Origin: Tubulanus polymorphus
Taxonomy: Eukaryota > Animalia > Nemertea
NCBI RefSeq assembly: GCF_964204645.1
Contig: NC_134033.1
Coordinates: forward strand, 9,370,655-9,434,654
DNA: 64,000 nt
Direction of reading: 5' to 3'
In this document: positions 1 to 14,170 of the stretch, piece by piece
Layout: the number at the start of each line of letters is the position of its first letter
Numbering within the stretch: the stretch's first letter is position 1
Notes under the pieces: model-generated
The model's input: the letters and a program-made list of their open reading frames with translations, nothing else
The model's database searches: none
What the model was told of the DNA's origin: nothing
Made by a program: the position numbers and the translations under genes

Positions 1-633
1 ATACATTTCCAGTGTAGAGACCCTCCTAAAACCAATATCTGTTATGAAGCTAATAGGTATCTCTACCAGAAAATGTTAGTTATAAAAAGTTTGGACCTAC
101 GGGTGCAAGGTAGGACCCCCCAAAACCTGAGGTCAAGTTGAGGTCACGCAACAAAAAAAAGTCGCCGACAACCAGTACATACTGCCTGTGTGTGTAGAGT
201 ATATACAATCGCTTGTGAGCTCTCTATAGAGCATGCTGACTCAGTGTAAGCAGCCAGACTCGACTAGTTTGCCATCTATCGGGGGTAATAGGAACCGTCA
301 CTTGAGACGTGACCACGCCCCAGTCTCTTTGTTTTAGCTGTCACCTGAGGCGTGACGACGCCAACCAAATCATGATCCTTTGATCTAATATCCTTTTGTT
401 TTAAATAGATCAGAGCAGTAAATGATACAATAGATTTAAAAACGGCCAATCAAAGGACAGCATCTGAACTGAAGTCAATTCCCCCTAATCCCTTACCCTT
501 GGTTTTCTGAACAATACCTACCTAACTTAACTTAAATTTCAGCTGTTAGTGCTTCAACATATGTTTGTGTCTAAGATATCATATCATACATATGATGATA
601 AGATGGGAAATACAATTTGGTAATACTAATGTA

Positions 634-734
634 TGGGATTTTGATCTTTATCTGTGGGATTTTGAATTATGGGATTTTGATTATGGGTTTTTGACATGTG
701 GGATTTTGTAACTGTGGGATTATGACAGGGATTC
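634..734. repeat. Short degenerate tandem repeat (TGGGATTTTGA-like units)
   Basis: About 7 copies of tgggatttt/tgggatt at roughly 12-22 bp spacing. Confidence 0.7.
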
Positions 735-2099
735 GCATTCTTCATAATTCCTAACCATATAAGAAAAGGGGGTAGTAGGAAATCATCTTTATTTTAGGAA
801 TATTATAAAGAAATGACACCTGAGGGAAATTCTGGTGGCAGAGTGGCTTTGGAAAATGAGAAAAAATTCATTTTTTTTACCTTGAATAATATACCCTCGG
901 TACATATAGTTCGCGAATGATCCTCTACACTACAGTCAATGTATCATTATCATACTAAAATGTTAGTTTTTCTAAACGTAGTGATATTTCTCTTTTTAAA
1001 AATCATTTACGACCTAATCCTTTGTCACTTCACGCATGGTCGCTAGAAATTAAACTATCGGTCACAAAAATGGAGCAGGTCGGAAATTGATCTCATACGA
1101 ACTGGGTAGCCTCTTTAGATTTATTGTCTCTAGATTTCTGCGATATTTTTCCATCCGTCGAACGAACAGAACGAACCAACGTTTAGAAGTTTACCATGAA
1201 TGACGTATTAATTAATGGATTTAAAAAATGTGCTCCGGTGTTATTGACAAGAGGTTGGCATAGCCAGTTCAGATATAAGATGCCGATATAATCTGTTCCA
1301 TACGTACCATTCCTTTGATCAGATTGCTGCTTTGATCCGATTGCTTCTGTACAGGGTGAAAAAGATCGCCTGTCGTTAGCAGCAGTACGATATAAGTAGT
1401 ATCAAAGCAAGTTCATATATCACACCTGTTATTCCGAATGGGAATATTGTAGTGTTGTGATACTGTTTTGAAACTCGTTTGTAGCCATGTGCATGTATCA
1501 CATGACCGGCGAGTAACCAGGTTTTAACACCAACTGCTGCAATAATGATTCTGGTGATTCTTGCAAATTTCTTAAACACTGGATATAACAATAATCATAG
1601 ACAAAAATCATAATCATAGACATGCCAACGATACACGTCGAATCAACAACACATGGGAACCGATAATGTATCTTACCCGAGGAAGCTGCCTATCGGTTGT
1701 TCTACAGTGATCTCCCCGAATCATAACAAAGTTTATTATACTCAATAAACTATATTCTGCATGTGCGTAACTCTGAGAAGATGCAACCACAAAAATAAAA
1801 ATCAATTTAAGAAAGCAGTTACTCATTACATTTATTGCTTACGTACAAGGCAGTCCACCATACTCAGTGAATCACAATTAAATTTGAATTATTTAAAACA
1901 ACTCCAAACTAATGACAGCTGAAATTTACAAAAAAAACTGGGTTAAAGTAAAATTAAACTAACGGAAAATACATCTGGTACCGGTACGTTGCACTTCAAA
2001 GAGGATAGGGTTAGTTCGAATTCAAGGGGGAGGGCTCGAGAGACTTAAGTGCGGTAAACACCCTTTAAATTTTTTGAATATGTAAGAAATACAGTTTTA

Positions 2100-3679
2100 C
2101 GGAAGCGTCCTGGTGACATATGTAACCTCCAAAAATCACATTTAAGTGAGAAAACTAGATTATTCCGAGTTCAAAACTCGGAATAAACTAGTTTTCTCTC
2201 TTAAATGTGATTTTTGGAGGTTTTAACCTCGAAAATCGCATTTAACTCAGAAAAATAGTTTATTCCGAGTTACAAACTCGACGGAATAAACCTCCAACAA
2301 GAAAATTAATTTTGATAAATTATTTGACGCCTGCGAAAAAAATGTAGAATTTTTGGGATAAGCTAATGTGGAATTGCAAATTCGAAATCGAAGTTTTAAG
2401 AAATTTGAGGAATTATGAGATTTGGCAATATGGTAGGTGATACAGGTCTTTGACTGTACAGTACTGGTTTAAGTTTTTTATTGAAAATTGTCAATTATTG
2501 ATTGACGCCGGCCCTACACAGATAGCTTCGTCATTCCACCTGCATCCCCATGTCAGGGTCTTACTTTTATATCAGACTTCAAAATCGTGTATACATCCGC
2601 CATTTGACCGATGTCGCACACATTTGATTATCCTCGGAGTCGGATGTATTAATTTTTGCATGACTTTTGTGCAGGTAGTTTCGAGATTTTCATCTGTTTC
2701 AATTTTTAGGTTAGAAATTATGATGCATACATCCGGGTTATCCAACAGGTCTCTTTGGTCCTGGATATTTAATTGTCGCTGTAGATCCATACAAGGCTTC
2801 GAGTTGTTTCACGGTGGCCTGCGACTGTTAGATCCTTATTCAGGCCAGTGATTTTTTCCCGTAAACTTTCAGATCAATTTCTTATTTTTCACTTATCGAT
2901 TTTAATTCTTCATACGACTGGTCGTTGAATTCGACAGAGCTGATTACTTCATCAATTTTTACATCATTTTGTTTCACTTTTTCTTTCAGGATACTGACAT
3001 CTTCGTATAGGTTCTTAAATCTAAACGTAGTCTTGTTTTTGATGTCTTTTAATTTCTTCCATTGATGATTGTAGTTTCCCAATGGCATTTCGCATGAATG
3101 TTTCAAAGTCTACAGAGCCTTCAGAATTAGCGGCCATGGTATTCGTCATGGGGCAACAAAAATATCTAAAATATCCAATATTTTCGTGCGTAACAGCTAG
3201 CGTTGTAATACCAAACGTAACGGTATGTTCTTCATAGATTATCGTGTAGCGGCTTTCAATGCAATAGTTCGACTGACGATATGTGCATTCATGCGGAACC
3301 GTTCTCGGTCACCAGTGCAAATACACGTATATGCACGTATATGCGTATAATATAGCTTGATTGAATTTACATCAGATTCAGGTAAACGGTCCAAAATACG
3401 GTTTCGTAGAATTATCACATATAATGTAGAGAGCTCACCAGGAACAGCGGTTAAGTTCTTAGATATGATGTCCTATTTTAGTGATGAAACACTCTCTGAA
3501 GCTAGTCGTTAATTGTTCCCCAGCGGAGCAACGAAAACACGCGACTTGACCAGTCCGCCATTTTTATATATCAACTCTTATAAAGCGTCAAAAATCGCAT
3601 TTAACTGGAAAGCTAGTTTAACTCGGAATTAACCTCGAAAAAAGTTTTTTTTAATAGATATGTCCCCGGGACGCTTCCG
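2100..3679. mobile_element. Non-autonomous TIR element with TA target-site duplication (Tc1/mariner-type MITE), 1580 bp
   Basis: Left end TA|cggaagcgtcctggtgacata and right end tatgtccccgggacgcttccg|TA are inverted repeats. Subterminal repeats (aaaatcgcatttaact, aactcgga, aacctcgaaa) occur near both ends. Confidence 0.75.
2572..3106 (-). pseudogene. Degenerate LINE ORF1-like fragment (coiled coil plus start of RRM) inside the MITE
   Basis: LKEKVKQNDVKIDEVISSVEFNDQSYEELK followed by CIIISNLKIETDENLETTC resembles the ORF1p coiled-coil/RRM boundary. Interrupted by stops. Confidence 0.4.
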
Positions 3680-5682
3680 TACAATTTACTGTCGAGGCTT
3701 CATCGAGTTGAACGCATTTTTCGTTAGCTCCGCTGAGCTGATTTCCAAAGGCGAAAGCCGGGTTGCTGCCGTAGAGACAACGTGAGGCATTGGCACGGAT
3801 TAAAAGAAGACCGAAAAGAATTCCGAAGATATGTCAATTGATGATGATGAGTATTTAGGCTAAAAACAATATCTCGTTCCTCCGCATCGGCAGGGTCGGG
3901 AAATATCATGCTGAAATCGTGTGAAAATAAAGGTCGGATCCCTTTTAAAAGCAAGTAAATGATTATTCTAAAAATAAAATCTGACCTGCCGGGTGCCAAT
4001 GAAATTTGAGCTCAAATCTATTATTCATTTCACATAAATCGGGAAGAATTTCAATCCTCAGTAAAGAAAAGACTTGAAGCGATGGTGTCGCTAATAGCAG
4101 GGAAGAACAGAACTAGCTGAGGAAATTGAATGCAATCTTTTGCAAATACGTATTAGGGTGCATACGAATGCTGCCAAGTTAACAATTAAGGGTGATCTCA
4201 GAAGACACCGTATTCATGTCCCTGCCTTACATCTACAGTGCATTTTGGTTCATATTGTTTTCGTCTGACATGGATTTTCTAGTTAGACAGCCGTACTTGG
4301 ACTGTCTTTCGGAAAGAATAATTCCTCTATACATTTATCATCTAGGAGCTATGGGGAGAACCTATGAAGTACTTATGGTTAAATGTTGGCTTTAGTGAGA
4401 CCTTGGACAATCAAATCGAAATAAATTTCTGCAAAACAGCATGTTAACTCATATTGTACACTCAGATTTTTATGTTCACTAATAATCTCGGTATGGAGAA
4501 TCCAACTTCAGTATATACAAACGTTGTAAGTATAACCTCGAAATACATCTCGTTTATATTAAAACCGTAAATGAAAGTTTTTTTCAAGGTTGCAAAGAGC
4601 GCTCAACTGAATCGAGGCTGACAGATACAAAATGCCTATTGTACCTGCTATTTTTCTGAAATATGTATTTCTGGTCCAATCGTCAAGAAATCACCAAATG
4701 GCACCAAAATGAAAATCTTCCTGAAATCGCTCTGCACAAACGTGCCAATGATGAGTATGACTTCAATGACATCAATTGGAATTTGCGACCTTTTCTGAAT
4801 ATATGTCTAAATGCATAACATGCATGAGAAACGAATATTTTTGTAAACAACCACCAAGTGTTCTGTTACGTGTGATTTGAGGCCACGACCAAGGTCTCCG
4901 CCGCTGTGTACCCCGTGTGCTGAAATGCTGTGGGAGTCTTTTGTCGTACCCGGTTTCACGTGACAGAGCCCAATGATACAGTCTCCACTAAGCATTGGTT
5001 GCGTTATATTGTTATTTATCTGATTCGATGAGGACTTTACGTCCGACTGTGGCAATCGAGGATTCAACTTACGGCAAGCGAGGATTCACCGGGTTTGCTA
5101 GTGTGCGTTTAGACAACTCCCGCATTTCTTCTCAGATTCAAATAAAATCTATCCATAATTTCTCATATTCTGCATATGGTGATAAGTAACGTCCACCCTA
5201 TATATGAACCTTAAGATCATCTGAGTTTATCAAGAGGAGGGATTTGCCTAATTTCTGATGAGGGAGGCTAAAAAACTAGATGAAAGTTCATGTATACATG
5301 TATTGTATTGTATTGCATTGTATGTAGTAATTTTTCACAATGTATGTTCCTAATTCATTTAACTCGATTTTTTGACGCCTTATAAAACGTTACCATTATG
5401 AAACCTAAACAATGTTAACCATTCAGCGTCATTTTACAAACGACAACCGTAAATCGATGTGCAAAACGTCACAGGTTTATGTGTACACATACAAGCTATT
5501 TGGCAAAATATTATTGATAAAGATGTAGAATGGCTCCCTGTGATTATAAAATGACCTCTATTTGAACGTCGAAATGTTATATTGCATTGAATATCATGAT
5601 AAGACGTATTGTAATAGTAAAGGATGTATGATTATATCAGGAGCGGCAGGCATAAATAGAAATGATAAGTAAATCGGATTAT

Positions 5683-5795
5683 TCGGACAAATGGCGGATG
5701 TATACACGATTTGTAGTCTGATATAAAAGTCAGACCCTTACATGGGGATGCTAGTGGAATGACGAAGCTATCTACGATCTGAGTAGGGCCGGCGT
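5683..5795. repeat. Dispersed repeat, inverted copy of about 2505-2610
   Basis: aaatggcggatgtatacacgatt...ggaatgacgaagctatct...tagggccggcgt matches the reverse complement of 2505-2610. Confidence 0.8.
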
Positions 5796-6448
5796 GAATT
5801 TCATCGGCGGCTACAAGCGGTCTATATAAAAACGTGTAAACAAATAATTTCAATATTCAAATGTTTTAGAAAATATGTTCGATATTAGGGGTATGCAGGT
5901 TTCATGAGATTAGCAATTTATAATAGCGTAGCTGTCATATACGGCTCCGCGTCCACTGATGGCATGTGTGTAAGGTGACAATTCAATTCAATATTAAATT
6001 GAAATTCCGGGATGCAATTCCCAAATTCAATAAAGTTACAAATTTTAGAATAAGAAAATACTAAAGACACAGGGGTAATTCATACAGAATAACATGAATA
6101 AGTTATTTAAATGACAATGTCTACTTCAACCCAGACTCAAGTCTAGGATATCGAGTGACAGCCACACCGGGCCCCAGGACCGGACCGGCTGGCTACACGA
6201 TATGCTCGAAGTCATGATGAAGCAGGCATCACTAGAGCTCTTTCTTCAACCATGGAGGCACTGAAGTTGCAGACCAGCTTAAAGGCAAGTGAATGGAAGT
6301 CGGTCGCAAGTTATCATTATTGGCAATGTTCAATGAAAAAATTAAACCACTAAATTTTAAGTGAATCGGTCGATCGAACCAAGTCGGTCACAAGTTGACA
6401 ATTTTTTCTAAATTAGACCAGTCGAAGACTGTATCATCTATCCAATCA

Positions 6449-6577
6449 CCAAATCTCATAATTCCCCAAATTTCTTAAAACTTCGATTTCAAATTTGCAA
6501 TTCCACATTAGCTTATCCCAGAAATTCTACATTTTTTCGCAGGCGTCAAATAATTTATTAAAGTTAATTTTCTTGTT
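6449..6577. repeat. Dispersed repeat, inverted copy of 2296-2423
   Basis: ccaaatctcataatt...gcaattccacattagcttatccc...gcaggcgtcaaataattt...aattttcttgtt matches the reverse complement of 2296-2423. Confidence 0.85.
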
Positions 6578-7679
6578 TAATACCAAAATGTTAGAGTTCA
6601 AAATAGTTCTACACGTGTATATTATTGGCTGTAGTTCGATTTATTGGTTCAAGCCGTTGATGTTCCCGGCGATTGTATTGAACACCTTATGATATGTTGA
6701 GGTGGTGATAATTTCATGAAATCAAGTCCATGAAAATCTATATTTGCTGTATTGTTTTTTTTCCGTAACGCGTTTCATTTTAGGAAAACTTTGGTTTACC
6801 ATGCATATAGATGCGAACTTCGTTATCAGGGTCTCAGGTTAGAGCTCAGGGGTAGGGAAGGAATTAATTGTTTGGTAAATTTGTTGGTCTATGGTCCATC
6901 AAAACAACTTGGTTTGTCCCGGTGACAGACACGCTTTTCGTCGACTCCGTTAGAATATGCATTTCTAAGAAGATCAACTGTGTAATTCGGAGGTATAGCT
7001 ACGAATCGTTAAACTTTGCCAGTGTTCGGCCGCAATGTGATTTTATCGCCGACGAGTAACTATTTGGTTTCTTATCAAATGGATAAACACTCGGATAAGT
7101 TAACATATTTCATTTAAACATGGCGGCGCTCGATGTATTATGATATACTGTGTTCTTACATTAAAGGTGATTTGTACTCGTACGCGGTTTCCAAGTGCGA
7201 CAACAATGGGCAGACAGACACGAAAACAAACCCGAAACAAATCAGGCTCGGCTACTAGCTCCACGAACTCCAACGAACCGGAGCGCAAGAGATTGTGAGC
7301 TCGTTTACAATCGCAAGCTGAGCCGGTATCGAAAACGAAACCGACTATACCGACACCGATGTTGGTTTCGCCACCCATTCCGATACATCTAGATCGCTAC
7401 AGGACGAACTCTCGGACTGACTTAACTTGTATTCACCTTTGTTTTTATTTGAGTGCCCCTTAGTTTGTCTTTCTTTTTACTACTGACTTTAAGTTTCATA
7501 TATATTTATACTCACTATTGTTGTTTATAATTACCCCTTAGTTTGCTTCCCTTTAATCTATTTTAGCGTGTAACTGTTTCTACGTTAATTTTCCTTTAGT
7601 TTGTATCATCTCTGATTACTTGAATTAGTCTCTTTGTCTCTGGATTGTATATATATCTCATAATTTCTGTAGTATCTCA

Positions 7680-7726
7680 TTATTCCTGAAGATGACTATT
7701 AGGATATAGTCGAAACGTTGAAATAA
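7680..7726 (+). ncRNA. Minimal type I hammerhead ribozyme motif (Penelope-like element pLTR type)
   Basis: ttattc-CTGAAGA-t-GACTAT-taggat-ATAGTC-GAAA-cgtt-gaaataa. It has both core boxes, a 6-bp stem II, a palindromic AACGTT in place of stem III, and stem I ttattc/gaaataa with one bulge. Confidence 0.65.
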
Positions 7727-8483
7727 ACTACTATCTCGAAGTTTCATTTTCGGACTTTTTATTATCATTGTGGGATTCTCTCCTCACTGGGAAACGATCC
7801 TCTGATCCTCGACGCCCGCGCTCATTAATCGTAAAGTTTGTGCGACATCTGGGCAAATAGTGCATCTTTAAACTTAGAAGTAACCTCAGAAGAACTAGAA
7901 TAAGCGTCTGTAAGGATCTCACCAAACGACGAGCGGATTTCTTCAAATTCCTGTACAACCACGATAGCATCAGTACGTCATGGTCATACGACGGAGGGAT
8001 TACCGTGATCACTAGGGGAACGAAATACAATGTGAACGGCGTACGCGGATTTCGATAGAATCTTGAACGATCTAGGATAACTTTATCTGTTAGTGCCTAT
8101 ACGGTTGTTGTCTTCGCCTGCTGTAAACTGACAGTATCGACTACTCCGTCTCGGTTGTTGATCTGCGAGGGTGAATTTCTTCTATGGTTCCAAATAGGTT
8201 ATTTTGTAATATGGTATATACCAGTTGTCCTTGCATTTTTCCGTTAGCACCCTTTTTCGATGGTGTAGGAATGTTAACCATCATGCTTATTTTTGGTATC
8301 ATTATCTAGTTGGTTTGCTAAATTTTTTTTACATATCTGCGGGTTTTTCAGAAAGAGGATTGTAAGTTACTAATAAAAGATAAATCCCGATTTTGCAATG
8401 GTTGACTCTGTTTCGCAGCCAATCGCCTACTATATGATGCGAATACACTGAATCGCAAAAGTGACGATAAACTTTCGCCTTTT

Positions 8484-9570
8484 TATATGAATATCAGAAG
8501 TTTAAACAAAAATGGTGATAATCTTTTTAGCTATTTACACTCCATATATCATAATTTCAACATTATTGACCATTCAGAAACGTGGACAGATCCTACATGA
8601 CAAGTCATCCATTCATACTATACCAGGTTTCAATAAATCTAAAAGTCAAAGGGGCGCGGCGGCGTCGCCCTATATCTTCACAATATTTTCAAATTCAAAA
8701 ATCGCCTGGACTTGATGATCACCAGCCCAAATTTTGAAAGCATTTCCGCAGAAATCATAACTCCTACCAACTCGAAATTCCTAATTGGTGTAAGCTATCG
8801 ACCACCCGGTCATAGTCTGAATGATTTTCAATCGGAATTCTCCAGTTTACTAGAGAAGATAAACGCATTATCGCAAAAATGTTTTATCCTAGGCGACTTT
8901 AACATTGATCTCCAGAAGTCGAATTCTCACCTGCCAACAGAATACTTTAAACTAGGTTACCGCTAATTCATTCATACCCCTCATCGATAAACCCACGTGT
9001 AACGGATTTTTCTTTATCTTCGATTGATAATATATTTACCAATTGTTATCATGATTTTACTTTCAGTAATAGCGTTTTACTCATGGACATATCGGATCAT
9101 TTGCCTTTTTTTACAAATGTTTCCTCAAAGGAAAATCTTTACAAGGATAAAAATAATGAGAGAATTAGTTATAGAATGATCTGTGCAGAAACAATTGAGT
9201 ATTTAGGAGAAGATTGATAACCTGTGATTGGAATGATGTTTTAGATACAAATGATGCAAATGAAGCTTACGATAAGTTTTTTGAGAAGTGTAAGATTTTG
9301 TACGAAGAATCATTTCCCATAATGACAAGACACCTTTCTAGGTACAAGAACACTAAGTATCCTTGGGTGACGCCTGGATTGTTAAACTCAGTAAAACGTA
9401 AAGATAGATTGTTTGAAAGGTTCTTACTTTACAGCTCGCCTCAAAACAAGGTCAAGTATACTAGATACAAAAATCTTCTCAACATGTGATTCAAAACATC
9501 GAAAGATGTTTTATGAAAGTTTATTTGAAAAATGTAAAAATCCTAAAGATACCTGGAAAATTATTAGGGG
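8484..9570 (+). pseudogene. CR1-group (Crack/L2-like) LINE ORF2 fragment: AP endonuclease and linker, frameshifted
   Basis: MNIRSL, YRPP, CFILGDFNIDL, IDNIFTN, DISDHLP, DWNDVLDTNDANEAYDKF and PWVTPGLLNSVKRKDRL. Colinear with the intact ORF at 59042-61573. Confidence 0.9.
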
Positions 9571-12500
9571 CTAATTTCTAACAGTCAATCAACTTGCAAT
9601 AGAGCTTCATGCCACACAAGCTTTAACACAAATTCAACCACACCCAGAAGCCTTGAAGATATAAGTAACATAGTTAATAATTATAACACGTATTGGAAAG
9701 TCACTTGTTCCAGATATACCGACCCCCCCCCCCCCAACATGATCCCCAGCTTCTATTAGAAGGCACGGATCCACGCTGTCGCAATTGCCGCACGTGCGAC
9801 AGTCAGAGCTGCTTGAACAAATTAAAAACTACAAGCATATGAAATGACAAAGTTTTACTTCACACTGATCCTGTAAATATCAGACTAATGCGCAATAACC
9901 CTCTGATGTCGTAGGTTTTGAGTCAAAATTAAACCCGTTTCATGTTTCGCAGGGTATGAATTGATCCTACGTACATGCAACACGATTTACTATCAGAGTA
10001 GGAATTACGGTTTTGGTGTCGAATTGAATCCCAAAATACTGATATCAGGGTCAAAATAAGGAGCAATTGTGTAAATAGATCCAAATTAAAGTAGACATAA
10101 AATAGATCCGATCATTGAATATCATAGATAATAACATCCGGGTTTTATAACTTACCGATCCGAATATGAGTTACACTGTTATTCATTCTAGGTGCAAATG
10201 GCGCTAGCACAGTACTTATGGCAATAATCAACACAATGGCAGTGTCCGTCAAACGCATCGTATGTATCAGATTTAGTAGATTACAACTTTTGTCCGTGAC
10301 CATTTCATTGGCAAACTCGTGTCTTAAAGAAGTTACAGTAAGGGTTATAGTTATAATTACCAGTAGTGTTCAACCTGTTCGCATACTGCAGCAGAATTGT
10401 CACTGATCATATTCTCGAGATATTCCATATAGTATAACCGGTATCTGGTAAAACATGTAATATGAACTCTAAGCGTTAACCAATACGTGCGCGAGTCACG
10501 TCCACGTGACCTGAACTGAAATATGTTTGAAACGTCCACGGAAAGAAATTCATACTCGCCTTAACCACTAAACTATGAAGGCGGATTTGGGCCTTATTCG
10601 AAAAAAATGAAAGGCGACTCCATCAGTCATTTCAAAGTTTTGGCGTGGTTATCAACAATTTTTTAAGACGAGACTTTATTACGAAACATTTCTTTAAATG
10701 GGTTTTTTTAAATGTATACGGTGATTTTTAATGAGAAAAGTTTGAGGCAATTGAGTCTCATGTTTGTTTACTTGTTTAGCCGAACGAAGTTAAATGAAAA
10801 ACTTAGGCCAAAAATGATACATTGTTTCTCCGCAGAGGCTGCAATCGTGCTAAACACTCGGAAGGATAAAATGTTGGGTCACTTCAAAAAGCATCAAAGA
10901 AAGAATCGAATCGATAAGGACTTTTTTCTAGATCCTCAAAATGGACGAGTTAATATCAATCTGACATACGGTAAAGAAAAAATTGAAAATTCTAAATTTT
11001 TGCATTAAGTTTGGATGGGAATAAAATCCATCATTTAAGATCCATCTACTTAAACCATTTTTGATATAGATGAGCAATCCCATGTTGAACACTTCAGATA
11101 TTGATTGTAATAGTGATGGGCATTTGACGCAAATTTTTTTGTAGGTTGGCAGCCGCGATTGATGCAGCCAGTGTACATGCACGTACGATACGTGGATTGT
11201 GATGACAAACAAGGTAAAGATGCAAATAAAATGGCGAAAATCTCTTGTGAAAAAATCGCATCCCCGGTAAAGAAAATACGTCGAAGCGGCGATAGTTTCA
11301 TGAAATCATGTCCTTAAAAAATCAAAACTGGTGTATATATTCATTTTCCATAACGGGAAAACTTTGGTGTACCATGCATATCATTAGAAACTTCGTTCTC
11401 AGAATAAGCGCCGAGGAAGGTGTTTAATGGTTCGTTGTTAATTTGACTAAAGGTAGAAACATTTTGCCTGGTAAATGTATTTGCATAGGACCACAGTACA
11501 TAAACGAACGGAAACCCTGCCGATATACCGCCATACTCTATCTACCGCCAAAATCGTTCTGCACCGATGTCGGTGGTATATCGGGGGTTGACTGCAGTTC
11601 CCATTCGCAAACAGGAGCTATCTAGCCAGACATTTAGTTTTCATTATCATTATCTTGTAGGGATGCGTCAACAGAAAATAATATCTGTAAATGGAGATAA
11701 AGAGGGGTCAAATATTGTCTGAACAAACAGACTGACTGAATGATATTTTAGCAAAGACTCGTTACAGTGAGTGGTTAGTGCATGCCTACATGTGTATTTG
11801 TCAAAGGTTGGGTGACAGTAAATAGTCGTTCTGGCAATTACGATTACATTTGTAATGTCCTTCGAAAATAAGAAACGACCGTGACAAGCTTTAACTACGA
11901 TTTGAACATAAATACAATGTTAGTGTCCACGAAAAGGATGTTCGAAAATCAAAAGATACCATTTATAGCATTGACATCCTTTTCAAAATTATTCAGACAA
12001 ACAATATAAAAAGTGAAGAAATAATATCTGCAGCATTAGACCAATACCAAGATTATAATCCAAGGATACACTGGTGATTATCGGAGTACCGACGGATGGG
12101 AGTATAGAATCGTGTCGGAATATTGTGGCATCGGAGAATTGAGGCTTCGGAGTGGTGACGTGTCGGAGTATCGGGAGGTCCCCAGAAAAAGGCTATTAGG
12201 ACTTTTACCAAGATCAGTTATTATCTGGAACACACTTCTCCCCTATCCGTGCAAATAACAAAGATGTGCGAAGTTGCCCATCGACATTTTTGCGACAGAA
12301 ATAAAAGGCGATTCCCTGTTGCCCAGCTGGTGGCGCCGCCCCTGAGCGCATAGGCAACCAGCCAATCAGAACCACAGAGGCACGTTCTATCAGTTCCGGA
12401 GCTCAGGCGTAAAGTTAACACGTGTCTAGGAACATTGTTAGCGGTGGTCATATAGTGTATTAGCTGCCGCGGAGAATTTTGGGTGGAATTTTGCTGCCTC

Positions 12501-13215
12501 TCCCGATCGATCTTTACGGATCGGTCAATAGGCATATACGGTATTAAGTAGTTCTCAATACGTGTATTCATCCACGACCTAAGCAAAGTATGATGAGATG
12601 AGGGGGTTTTAAGAATTTGGGGGTGCTTTTTAGTTCTGACAAGAAAAGAATTCGTATCTGAATTTAAATTTTGTTACGGTTGTGATTAAAAATTAATGAT
12701 ATTCTTCATATTTTACAAAATTCAACCTTTCAACCTCCGATTTATACCCCTATATTCCCAATTACTACTAATAATTTCATATATATAATATTTACATAAT
12801 AAACGTTACAAATACAAAGTGAGAATAACATTCATTTCTATTAATATCATTTCTAAATAGAATTAAAGATACTACAAATGTTATGAATCAATATTGTATA
12901 AGAAATAATTGATAAAAGATATATTAAAACAATTATGAATGAATATGGTGATAAATTAGTAAAACATGTAGAATATGGAGGATTCAGAGGTAATGTGTCT
13001 AAATTTAGAACATATTTACCAGAATGATTTCATAAATAATTATTCAAGAATAAGGTATTGAAGAATTATGTTCTGGTGATTTCTATTTCACATTGAAAGG
13101 TAAGGATATAAAAGGGCATCATGATATAGATTTTGAATGAGATAATTATACCCGTTATAATAAAAAAAATAATTAAATTCCAAAAATAGAAAGAGATCAT
13201 AATTTCAAAAATATA

Positions 13216-14170
13216 GCTGCAAAGCAGCGATAACGGGTTCTCTGCACAGCCTTGTTCGCGTCGAACACGAATGTGTGTATGCTGACGCGGCCCCACCAGG
13301 CTATGAAAGTGAAGGGAATTTAGAATCATGTTCAACGGTCAACACGGTTCTATAAAATGAAGGTCTACAAACAGTCAATTGGGCTTATTTGTAACCATGA
13401 ATGATTTGACAATATGGTTATTTGACTCTGGAAAATCGATTGTTAGGCCTTATTTAGTATTCATGGATTTCGAAAAGCATTTGATAAGGCACTACATCAG
13501 CGATTACTCTAACAAGCCTCTAGGAAATGGTATCAATGATGGGTCGCTTACATGGCTCAGTTGTGTTCTCCGATCGAAAACGGGGGCCGAAATCAACAGA
13601 ACAGTCTATTCTTGGAAATAAGTAGATCTAACTAGTGAAGTCGCTCAAGTTAGTATCCTAAGTGGTCTTCTCTTCACAGTCCTGATAAATAATTAACAGA
13701 GTAATCCGAAATGTACAGGACCGAGTAAATTTCCGAAACGACCTTAACATGTTTATCCCGTACATGGTCAGAAACATGGAAGATAAACTTCAACCTAAAA
13801 AGGTATAATATGGATATGAAACCCCAGGGGCATATTATACCTTTGTGTTCGAGTGAGAAGATTATTTTGATCGAATGAAGTTTACTCATTATAACAATAA
13901 AAGACTATTTAGTTCCACGAACATCTTTTTCTTTGGAATAAAAAACTAATCGATGGTACAATATACTTGTTGGAACGAAAAACTTATGTTCCGACAAAAA
14001 AATTAAGTTCGAATGAAGACAATTCTGTTCGATCGAACGATATACTTTTTTTTCGAACGAAATACTTTTTGTCCCGACAAACAAATTTGTTGAGCAAACA
14101 ACCGAATAAAAATTGTCGGTTCGAACGAAAAAGTTCTGACACAAAAATTTTTTCGAACGAAAAGATGTTC
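13216..14170. repeat. Composite dispersed repeat containing a very decayed CR1-type RT segment plus TTCGAAC-rich repeats; inverted copy at about 42660-43875
   Basis: gctgcaaagcagcgataacgggtt and gttcaacggtcaac...aaacagtcaatt match the reverse complement of 43780-43875. Residual FMDFEK/WLS/SW motifs of RT remain. Confidence 0.75.

Noticed and set aside
1376-1826. Secreted-peptide-like ORFs on the minus strand
   Set aside because: Short, broken by stops and without a recognisable domain.
5255-5290. Second hammerhead candidate (ctgatgag...gaaagttc)
   Set aside because: The sequence between the boxes cannot form a convincing stem II.
10191-10258. Possible host exon (ttctag|...|gtatgt)
   Set aside because: A single 68-bp candidate with no recognisable peptide or partner exons. 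It needs RNA evidence.
10660-11320. TTAA-flanked Kolobok/piggyBac-like element
   Set aside because: The putative TIRs match too poorly to support a call.
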